Assembly (NCBI GenBank): GCA_002633005.1
Contig: NMRA01000012.1
Span: 462,487-526,486, forward strand
Length of the DNA: 64,000 nt
Direction of reading: 5' to 3'
Origin: Phoronis australis
Lineage: Eukaryota; Animalia; Phoronida
Shown here: one piece after another, positions 43,601 to 55,837 of the stretch
Layout of the letters: each line of letters opens with the position of its first letter
Numbering within the stretch: the stretch's first letter is position 1
The notes under the pieces: generated by a model
The model's input: only the letters and a program-made list of their open reading frames with translations
What the model was told of the DNA's origin: nothing
The model's database searches: none
Made by a program: the position numbers and the translations under genes

Positions 43601-46600
43601 GAATAGCCAAGCCCAGAATGGTTGTCAGATGAAAGGTCAGCACTCCAACTTGTGAAACAGTAATGCATTCAGGGCTGCAATCCATAGAGCAAGCTTCTTG
43701 AGAGAAAAGCAGGACCATGCAAGTCCCAATCAAATTTTGTCAATAAATGGAGAGTGTATGGCTTTTAAGTAAGCATTGGAGCTTACTTGTATACTGTTGC
43801 AAAATGGCTGGCACTGAAGTGACTGGTCGGTGAAACTGGAATGTTAATTCAGCAGATAAAATTCATCATTTCTGTTCTGTAAGTGAAGATTTATTGCCTC
43901 AAGTTTCTTACATTATGGAATGCAACCCAGGTGTAGTAGCGTTATGGAGGAATTGTGTTGTCTTGATAGAATTATCCTTGAATCTGTTCTTGTTACATCT
44001 TATTCCTTTCTGACTATTGCCCACTGCTCCTAATCAGTGCTCTTCGTTTGGGACAGCCAGTGAATATGCCAGCTTCACACTTCCGACAGTTACTGTCCAT
44101 GTTATCAAAATAAGTGTTTTTATTCCAGTTTGTGAAGTCGCAGAGAGAGTGATCTGGTCCTGTATTGTGGAAGATGCCTCTCTCTTCTTCAGACATTTCC
44201 TAGAAAAATTGACCCAGAGAAAAAGACAGGTGACTACCGTATTTGATATGAACTGTACATGAACTCATGAAAGCTGTTATTAGTTTATGTTCTCATTGTA
44301 ATTAGTGTCAATTTACAGAACTCTTAAGTTTTTTGAAATTCAGAGTTAGAATGAAACTTCAATATGTGGAAGATGTGTATTCTTTTCCCATGATTGTTGG
44401 AAGTCGATTGATTTCAACCTACTAATAATGATGATTTGTTTTCAGCAAACTGATGTATCATGTTTGTAGATTAAAGTAGAATGAATAAATAATCTGCATT
44501 TTTTACAGGATGAGTTGATTTTGTTGTTACGGAAACTGGTTTTGCACATCCGTGAACTGCCAGCGCAGACTGCCCATATTCTGTTTAACTATGTGGTAGG
44601 TTCTCATATGTTACTGCAAACACTTAATATTTTTCACAGCTCGGTTTTGTATTCAAATGTTTTCCAAATATATTTTTTTTTTTAAATTTAATAATGCTGG
44701 AAAGAAAGGTTGAATAAGAGGATTTCAGCTGTACTACATACAAAGTGATTTGGTTTGACACGATGAATGATTTAGTAAAGTCTAGAAATTGTTCCATGTG
44801 TATCTTGCTGCCAGAAGGACACATTTCTTGCAACAAATGGCTGATTGAAATAATGACTATTACTTTGGTTTCAGTTGGGTTATGTGATGTTCTATGTGAG
44901 GTCGCCGTGTGAAGGCGCTCAGGAGAGTATCGGTAAAGGCATGTCGTTGCTATGGCTGATTATTCCCAGTGTTAATGGCATATCCTTCAAGGACCTCAAG
45001 CAAACACTGAAGAAGGAACAATGTGATGTAAGCATGCCATCTGATGGTTTCCCTCACTTATCAGAATAAACATATTTATGCGTGTGTAAATAATATTGTG
45101 TACTTTTGTTTCTGGTTATACGCGTGAGATTATTATTTGCACCAGATGTCGTTGACAAGTTGTATCTACCGTAACTCACCAGTTGATGGAATTAATGGTT
45201 TGATCATATTCATTGTTTATTAACTGCGCTATTTTGAAGCAATTCTAATGTCAACTATGACCGAAATGTTGTCTTACCTGATTTCAGCCTACTGTTATGG
45301 TAACGGCCAATGTCCCAAGTGCCAAGAAGTTGATTGTCCATGGACCCGATCTTGCCAGTATTCCATCTCAGTTCCCAGTTCATGAGGTATGGTGTAATTC
45401 ACTGAGTTATGATTAAAGGTATTGCGATGTCATTTTCTTGCATTGTGTGTGCCTATACCTCACCATATTGTTGAACTTGTACCCTTTATTACCTGGGGAC
45501 GGAACTTGTCTCTCTTCGTACTCAGAGCTGGACTCGAAAATTGACCAATTGCATGGCATGCTTAGATAAACTTGCAAAACTTGATACTCGAGTTATGCAG
45601 CACGTTGGTTGTTTCGAATCTCTTGTCCAGTCTGTGGTAAGAGATTAGGCCTTGTACCCTGGTTCTGGTATAGTCTGTGGGAGCATGTATTGCCACCTTT
45701 TGTCTAACCATGAAAGTATCAGACATTGAATACAGTAGTGTGGTGATATCAGCTGCTGACAGTGATTTAGGTATTGATATGCTACTGTTTGTGGTGTAGG
45801 TTAGTTGCATGAGCTCTGTAGTAGGATTTCAGACTTTGAAGTGAAATTTGAAAAGGGCCGTCCTGCATTACACAGTGACACTTGAATCTGGCTGTATTTA
45901 CCCACAATGCCGTAAACATCTGTCAGGCACATTTGCTGCCTCGTTTTTGTGCCACTGGAGTTTCACATGTTATTTGTTGTTGTATGATGGCGACATCTCG
46001 TTGCTCCCAACTTGTTCGATTCTATAGCCCAACTACAAGTTGGAAAGTTTACCCCCGTAGCCAATATCTTACACGACTGATTAACTCCATTCTGGCATTT
46101 ACGGTTGGAGGGCCTATGCTCTTTTGTTCGATAATTGCTCTATTCTCCGATCAGATCCTATCTAGCCTGACTGGGCTGGGCTTATAAAAATGAAAGTTAA
46201 GTTATAACATATTTAAGCTTAAACCAATAGCATTTCTGAATTCCTCGTCAAATGCTGATCATGTTCCGTTTTTGAATCACCAAAATCGCCCAACTACAAC
46301 AGAATTTAAGACAATCTATTCTGTCCAAACGTATTACCAATGCACTGTGTTTGACTGTGTTCTGAATACGCATTCGGTAATAGCGTGCAACCACCATACG
46401 TTTCCTTTGAAGCCGGGGAGATAATTGGCCTGCTTGTTATCATACGGGATAAAACACTGAGCTGGGCGGTTAACAAAAGATCCAGATGTTATCGCACGTT
46501 CAGCACCCCTCACATCTTGAAAAATTACTAAACGACAGAACGCTGTAAGCTGTAATGGTCTGATTCTTTATAAATTTTTCTCGTTTGCATTACTCTATTC

Positions 46601-49600
46601 GTCTTCCAATGCCAACGAAGTATTACTGCTGTGCAGTGGGCTACAATTCCGACGTGAAATAGTTTCATAAACTGGACAAATACCCGTGTGGATGCGTGAT
46701 CTGAACTTTTTCATCGTGCCGACATCAATGAGAGACAGGATAATGTGCCTGATTTCCAAAACTAAGTCACATGCTTTTTTATCTCCTGGATAAAGGAGAG
46801 TTCTATTGCAGTGTAATTTGAGACAGCCCTATTTCTTTAGACTTTTGGTCACATAAGTCTCGTGTAGTTGTGTAGTTGCCAACTGTCTCCCTGTCCCAAA
46901 TCCCAGTCTTAGTGATTCCAATAAGATGTCAGTACACCCTTAACTGCTATAAAAGCATCGCTAATGCAGATGGCATGTAAGTAACACCCATTTTAAGCTG
47001 TCGTCCTGTTTTGATCTCATGTTTAGTTGCTAGTTTTGTTCCACGCTATTCATTTACGTCAATTTCCGATCCTCAGTAATGCTGTTATGTGTAAGAAATG
47101 CTGTCTGTTGAAAAGACAAAAATTTCCAAGTTAGTGGTACCTACCATGACCTGATTTGTTTGATGTAATCAAGATTGTCTTGTTACTTGCACCAGAGTCA
47201 ACCCATGTCTGCCAGTGTTTATAATCCATTGTTGTTTCACATTATGTCTTGTAATGTTTCACCTCACCAGGTCACCTGCAGGTGGAGTCACAGCATGTAT
47301 GCTTGGGACAACAAATGTCAACACGAATCATTTACGACCTCCATCAAGGGAGAGGTAGACTTCCTGTGTGCTGCCACTATGTGTTCATCGTGATTACTAT
47401 CCATTCATCTTCCTTCTTTCCTTACCATGTGAGGCACTGGTCATGTGACAAACATTTCTAACTGAATATTGTTATTAAGGATATCTCGTGATACTGGAAT
47501 GTCATTTTAAATTTTGCAAACTGTAGCCTGTGTTAGATGATGAGGGAAACAGATGGATACATTTGGGTATAAAAAACGTTTTACTTGCCAATGCTGAATT
47601 TAGTTGTTTTTGTGGCCTTGGTAACTTGGCATTGTAATGAATTGTACATTTGAATTCATTATGTTTGGCACTGTGCTTGAACTTGTGTTGTTGGTGAAAT
47701 TATGTCACATGACCATTGTCTGTTTTTTAATTTTTAATATTGTTCGAGACCGTCAACTTGATAATTTTTCTGAACATTCCAACTGCGCATGTTCTAACTT
47801 TTATTCTTTATTATTTCATTCCTTCCAGTTACGGTTCATTAAACTGTTCCTATTGTTGAAGTGGGTGACTAGATATGATAATCAACCACAGAGTATATTA
47901 CTTGTAACTTTCATTGGCATCATTTCACACTTTGGTAGTTATATATTGCCATACGAAGAAGCACTTGCATATTTGACGTTGTGGTTACTTTTCTCTTTTC
48001 ATGGCACTGATAATGTATGTTGTAGAAACCTGATTTCTCCTTGGCCTTCCTAAGGTTTATAGGTAGTCTCAGAAGTTCGTGACTTGGCCTCCACTTGATA
48101 TCTATTTGTTATCACACCCTGCCGTGAAGCTTATCATAATTTATTTCTTTTTATGCTTACACCTTTATGGGTACAACTTACAAGTTTGTATGACTTGTCA
48201 CAACTACTTTTACAAGTTAGACATAAATTCATACCTTTATGAAACTTAAGTTGTATTACGCATCTTGCAGTGTTCCGTGAAGACACTTGCATCACCAACT
48301 CTGAAGAAATGTGCAAGCTTGTGTATGCAATATTCATATGAACTGGATCACTTTGTCACGTGTCTAGAATAATCATATGAATGCACATGTATTATACATC
48401 CTGAATAATGCTGTGAATCGAGTTGTATGTCGTTTGCACAATTGTTCTGCGGAATCTTCCTATTTTTGTCACACGTTCTAGATAGTGTTGTGAGCTTTCT
48501 TGAATTATGTGGGTAAAAATCTTCATTGAATTCATTTAATTAAATTGCTTTAATTTTGTGATTTAACATAATTGTTTGTGTTTCTAACAGGCTTTAACAA
48601 ATGTATTGGTATCTGTTGCGTAAAATTGTGCTGTTGGAAATGGCATACATGAATTTTTATGTCAATAGCTCCCAAGTTGATGGATGGACTATACTAGAAA
48701 GGTGTCTTGTACCTTAGTTTTATCTGAATTAAAGATTCCTGTGCTTAATGATGTATGATTGAGTTTTCTCTATTGATCAAAAGAATGTTTAAACAAGTGT
48801 CGACATAAAACCCTGGCAGTGTTATTAATCAAGTGTTGTTACCTCTTACTTTGAGATTTGATATGAAGCAGCCCATCTGTGTGAATAATTACTTGCTCAT
48901 GACATATGTTGTCCCCTCAAGAAGATAAATGTTAATTGATTGACAATCTCATTCGACAAATGGTGATTTTATGGCAATTCATCATAATCTCATGCTTGTA
49001 GTTCAACTAAATTTTGTTAGAAACTGTGGTGATTAATTTGAAATTGTATAGTACTCTTAATATACTCTCATAATACTGGTCCACGTCCAGAGACACTTTT
49101 ATCCCGTCATCTTTAGTTATGTGTACACTTAAATGGTAATTCTCCGTTTATTTTGAAAAAATGCTAAACCATTTTAGAATGGTCAATGACTGCAAATAAT
49201 GGAAATTTACCAAAAGTTGTTCCTTATTTTAGTGGAAAAATTTGACAATGTCACTTGTGGCCATATTGTGTGCTAAATAAGTGAAGACTGATTTACCATG
49301 AATTGAGTATTCAATCACTGAAACATTCAGTCAAATCATTTCTGGGACTGCATAATATACCAATGGTAAATTTTTTTGTTTTTGTTTTTGTTTTTGTCCT
49401 TAAGCACTGGGCTTGATACAAAGTTTGTCTGTGACTTTTAACTGGAACCCATGTTGACCAGTGCTCTCAAATTTACAGGACACTCAGTTTTCCAGCATTC
49501 TTGAAGACAGTTTGGAGTTCTTCAACATCCCAGAGGAAGATCATGACAGGTACTTCTTAGCGGATACCAAAACAAGTGAGTTGAAATTGTTCTCTACTGA

Positions 49601-52600
49601 ATTAGAATCGTTTTGCTTGTCTTTCATGAGAATCTTAACATTCCTTATTTGGGATCGAGTTATTCACTTAGGTACAGTTAGTTCTGTCAAAAACTGATCA
49701 CGGATTTTTACAATTTTGTACAAATGATTTCCCACCAGGAAATTTTGTTGAAGTGGTTGTGTTGAGGAAAAATGAAACTTAGTAAAGCCATGTCACAAGT
49801 CACTGGCAACCCCATGGGCCTTTCAAAGACACTGTGAGGTCACAATTGCAATGAATTGTGGGAAATTGTGAACTCTGCTGCTGATTAACTGTGGGTCAGT
49901 AGTCAGAAAGGGAATGGCAACATGTCGACTCCGTAACTTCCCATGAACCTCTACTTTGTGATGTGTACACATTGTGTTCACTATCTCCGCCAAAAGGGCC
50001 AATGGGATCAGCTGATTGTTGAGTGCATATCTGTGTCTATCTTAATCTCTCTGATTTTAAGCATGTCTTCAAAATTGTGACAAAAGCATTTTTATTCACT
50101 ATACAGCACTTAAACGTATTTATTGACTATCATTTGTTACAGGACAAATGCATAATCTACACTACTTTGTGAGAGACTTCTATTTCTATCGCCGTAATTT
50201 CTACCCTCAGTTGAGTTTGGTCAATGCTGACCCCTCGTTGGCATTTACTGCATTACAGAAACAGGTACTTGTATTGTTTGTCACTGTCAATTGGTGGCGC
50301 TAGTGTCCAGCTCATTAAATACACTTACTAGGTAGGCATCCCATTTCAATTGAAAGTGCCAAGCATGGTCTCAACCAAAATGTTAGTTCTTTCTACGCCC
50401 GGACAACTAATCTCGTCTGAGATAGAAACATATTGCGCTCAATGCTCTAAATAAGAAAATTGTTTCTTTTACAAAATGAAGGTTTATAGGAGCTTCAATA
50501 TAAATATATAAGACCAAATGTGAACTGCGTCTTCCTTTTGTACATTGTTTACTTGGTCACTAAACGACAACTCTCAGACCATCATTATTGCTAGTTTCAC
50601 AATGAATGTAGTATGGAAGTATTTAACGTGATAGTCGAGTAAAATGTTCTAGGAAGCACTATGTTTTGTTACAGGCCTTCATCCTGAAGATAGTGGAGTT
50701 AAGTAAAGTACTGTTCACTACCAGTGTTTTAGAATACACTCCATCTCATCAGGTAGGATAACTCTGCCTCAAACCAATAATTAGAAATCATTTACAATTA
50801 GTTTCTGAATTTCAGACAACCTTGCTTGAATGTTTTGCTGTATTGATAGACTCAGCGTTGTACTTCTGCTACTTTTGAAGTTTAATTTCATTAATTAAAA
50901 ATATGTTTTTGAATTCGATTTGTCTCCTGTGACTTATTGTTTTGCTTAATGTTGACTGTAAAGTAATAAACCCACTTGTTCTGTAGTATATATTGATGTA
51001 TCCTTGTCACTATCATTAATGAGAAAATTAATCATCACTGGCCTGGAGAGCTGTTATATTATTGCTTAATTCCACAGCTTGAGAACCATGTTCTGTTTGT
51101 ACATGAAGAACTTCTGAAGCAGCCTACGTTCCCCAGAAAGGCCCTGGAAACTGAATTTGGAATGTACAGCGGTGATTTGGGCAAGGTTAGTTCAGAAGAA
51201 AACTTGTTTGGACCATTGCGTTTGGTTTCAAACTTTAAATCTTGATGGTTTTAGCCAACTTATATTTATATTAGTATTTTGTACTCAATAAAGGTGCAAT
51301 GCTTACATTTTATTTTCATTTGGGCTCTAGTCTCAACTGCTTTCAGTTTTATAGTTCATGGATGGAATTCCAACATTACATAATTCTTACAGGAACTGCA
51401 CAGTCTGGACACTTGTCACAAGTATGTCTGGACCAGATTTATGGCCACTATGTTCCGCAGCCTTCCTGACTCGTTTGCCTGGACCGGTGACATACCTCTC
51501 TTCTTGAATGTGATTAACGGTGCTTTGCTGCTTCACTGTGAAGACGCGTGCATATTGAGGTCATGTCTGGCAACATTCATTAACATAAGTAGACATTTCA
51601 AACATGTCTTTGCATTTGACGGGTAAGTAGTTTGATTTTGGACATGGTACAGTAGTTTGTGTACAGAACAGCCACTTATCATGTTGCATCAACTTCTGAA
51701 GCAATTTTTTTGAAGGTTGTATCCTATGCTAGGGTTTATCATTTCCAATTTTCACTCAAATTGCAGTTTATTCTTCTGATAAGTTAAGAGTTTTTACGAA
51801 TCTATTTTTTATTTCATTTCCATTTCATTGTGGTCAATTATTTTTTTGCCTGCTGTTCAGTAATTTTCTGTTAAAACATTTTCACACATTTTCACATGAT
51901 TTAATCTTTACAAAAGCTTAAAAGTAAACCTTTAATCTTTGATACAACTTCTTACACATCATGCTTACCAAAGTAAAGGTACACAGCAGTTATCATACCA
52001 ACCCTCACTTCTGTTACAGGTTCCTGCACATCATGCTTACCAAAGTAAAGGTACAGAGCAGTTATCATACCAACCCTCACTTCTGTTACAGGCTCATGCA
52101 CATCATGCTTACCAAAGTAAAGGTACACAGCAGTTATCATACCAACCCTCACTTCTGTTACAGGTTCCTGCACATCATGCTTACCAAAGTAAAGGTACAC
52201 ACAGTTATCATACCAACCCTCACTTCTGTTACAGGTTCCTGCACATCATGCCTACCATAATGAAGGTATATAACACTTATCAGACCAACCCTCTTATCTG
52301 CTCTGCCATCGAGTTTGCCTGTCAACAGTTTTACATCCTCCACAGGAAGCCATTCATCCTACAGATGTTCGGTAGTGTAGCATCTGTTCTAAATATGATG
52401 GGTAAACAGATGTCAAACAAGGTGAGTCTGCAGACTCAGTTTCTGCCTTGCTGTCTCTTGTGAATAACCCTTGAAAATGACACATTTCTGTTCAAAAGTG
52501 TTGGTTCTGGTCTCTGTTTGTGAGCTATCTTTTTATGGAAATGTTGGAAATATCTACTTTGGTTAGTGCTTTATTACAGGTGTCGCCTGAAGTGTTGTTC

Positions 52601-55600
52601 CAATTATTACTAACATTGGAGAAAGACTGTAAAGATAGCTTGGATATACTGGATTTGGTGGAGGGAGAGAAACCACTTACACCCATTGTGAGTTGACCAC
52701 TAATTGATGCATCACCGTGGTGTTATGTTCTTTGATTATTTACACACATTTTTGAAAATTTATCATGCAAGATGTCTAATACAATGAGTTAAGAAGAGTG
52801 ACCTCTGAGCATTGATGAACAATTTGTAACACGTAATACACATTTGTCTCTTCATTTCATGATCATTCTGAAATTATTTGTAACATCTTGAAGGAAAACA
52901 AGCAAGTTGAATGTTATGTCTCAGATCAATGTACAGTAGGTACAGTGGCAAACAAATGACACGTGTCCTCAGTTTCATCCATTTCGCAGTATGTGCATGA
53001 TTTACCTCACAATCTGTTCTGAGGTAACTTCCTATCATAATCATCAGACGATGGTTTGAGGATCTGTAATATGCTTTGAGGATCTGAAATATGCTTTGAG
53101 GATCTGAAATATGCTTTGAGGATCTGAAATATGCTTTGAGGATCTGAAATATGCTTTGAGGATCTGAAATATGCTTTGAGGATCTGAAATATGCTTTGAG
53201 GATCTGAAATTTGCTTTGAGGATCTGAAATATGCTTTGAGGATCTGAAATATGCTAAATGTGTTCTTTGGATTGTTTCTAAGCATGTTACATAGTCCTTA
53301 CATAAAAGGTTCATTATAAACAATCTGTAGTTGTCTAACGTATAATACAACTTTGTTTTCCCAAACTGCAACTTGACTTTAATAATAATATTAATAAATT
53401 GATAACTGACAAAACTAAAAAACTTGCTAGCATTTAGTAAGGATTTCCACGACACATAAGTCATTAATTTTTGACTTAATCAGACTTTTTAAATAGATAA
53501 GGCAAGAGCGGACACACAGTTTTTCAAACATGGCTCAAATTGTCACAAACTTTCATGTACTGAATATTGCTACACTGAAGCTTGACTACAATTTTACTGC
53601 AGGATTTCTGTTATGCCAATGATCCAGACAAGTTTGTCATGTTGGATGCTGTCAACATGTGTGTCACGGTGGTGGCATATGCTTCTGATTCACATCGCAG
53701 TGCACAGATGTTGGTAAGTGGCGTATTTATCTGATTCACATCGCAGTGCACAGATGATGGTAAGTAGCATATTTATCTGATTCACATCGCTGTGCACAGA
53801 TGTTGGTAAGTGTCGTGTACATCTGATTCACATTCAGTGTACAAATGTTGGTGAGTGGCATATTTATCTTATTCACATCGCAATGCACAGATGTTGGTAA
53901 GTGATGTATGCATCTGATTAACATTGCAGTGCACAGAATATAGTAAGTGACATATACATCTGATCCACATCGCAGTGCATAGATGTTGGTAAGTGTACAC
54001 TGACAAGTGAAGAGCAGCGAATGTTTAAAATTTCCTAAGCAATTAAGACTAAAGCGGTTGTGATCCTGTCGTTGGTCACATAAACCATCTTTTAATTTGG
54101 ATCACTTAACATTATGAAATTGAACCCAAACTGTTAATCAAGCCAAATGTTATTTCTGGGCTTTGAAAAAACTGAAAGTTCATTATTTCTTGAAACCAGG
54201 CTGTACGAGTTGTCTTTTCACAACAAGTCATGTTAGGGGCTGAGCATGGTCTCAAACAACAAACTGTTATTTTTTTTAAAACCCAGATACAACTTCTCAT
54301 CTGTGTAAAAAACTAGTTGAGACCAATTATAGTTGTAAGTGGTCTGAACTGAAATTTAGTTTTGTGATGGGAAGTAGTATGGGATCCTGGCCATTCCAAA
54401 TTTCAAAAATACATATTACTTAATTTTCAAATTTTGAACTACAGGTTCAGAGTCGGTTTGAATTGTCTGTTTGGGATGATCATTTTAAATATATTTTGAC
54501 AATGTTTTACCCAATTAGCACATGATATGGCAAAGATCTGCTGAAATTTTATTCTGTGATATTTCTCAAAATGTCTCGAAATGTTTTGGTTTTTTAGTAA
54601 CAAGTTAGTCCATCTTCAGAAAAATGCAGTGAGAAGTTAAACATTTTATATGAGGGTGTAAATGTTTTTGTACAAAATAACTGATTTACATTTGCAATTC
54701 ATTATGATTCATTTCATTGTATTGTATTGTATTATATTGTATTCTACTCCATACTTACAGAGTATTCCATTCCTTGTACTGTATTCCACTCCATACTTGC
54801 AGACTATTCTGGACGCTATCATGCCCTACTACCTAAAACACATCAATAGGTCTCATGTCAAGAGAGATGCTAACTTGGCCTTGAGGCAAGAATCTCTAGA
54901 TATTCACTACCTTTCTGTGTCTATGAGAGCTTTAATTAACAGCTGTGATGCTCTGACCAGGTGAGTTGATTTTCTTGAAGTTAATGGTAAACAGTATAAT
55001 ATGACTACGAGTAGTAAAGCAAAGGTTGTTGGACTTCAATATTTGTCTGTTTTAGTGAATGCTCAACTGTATTAATGTCAGTTCACTTATACATGCATTA
55101 CACATTAGGTGCTACATCACATTTCTCAACAGACAACTGCGAATCCTTCTTACCCATTGGAATAGGGATGTAACTGTGACATCATCTTGCTGGGGTTTTC
55201 AGAAGATTCCACCATCTTGGTTCTAACCTCTGCCACTTGGCTATTAGAAATTACATTAAGTCAAAAATTGTAACTGGAAAGTCACCAATTAAACCTTGTT
55301 TTAGAAAACGTGGTTTATATGTTGCTTATCTGTATGGCTCACATATGCTGTGGGTTGAGCTTCAGATTTTGAAAAATTTGGTTGAATTTTGCTGGTTTGA
55401 AACAAATGTGCTAGCGCAAGAGAATAAGTCATGGCCATATTGTTTGTCTCCAAGACAGAGTATGGTAAAAATTCTCCAATTTGGGCCATTCTCGAAAATT
55501 TGGGGCACTAAAATTGAATGTTCCTGATTCTTAAAATTGGGACATGGGTAATTTTGGTGTTCATGTTATTTCTCAAGTATCGGACACTGCCTTATGTATC

Positions 55601-55773
55601 ATTAAAGTCAGAGATAAATCTTCAAAAATTGCTGCCTATGCAAAATTTGTCTTTCTTAATTTTTCACTCTCCCAAACTGAAGAATTTATACCATATTTGG
55701 TAGGGGTGTGACTTAGTTGCTTTCCCTCCCTATTGAAATAGCCACTTACCACAGGGATTTTATGAATGTTTCT

Positions 55774-55837
<64 letters not shown>

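Noticed and set aside
52874-53464. 196-aa minus-strand ORF
   Set aside because: Translation of the 20-bp minisatellite plus AT-rich intron; no recognisable domain.
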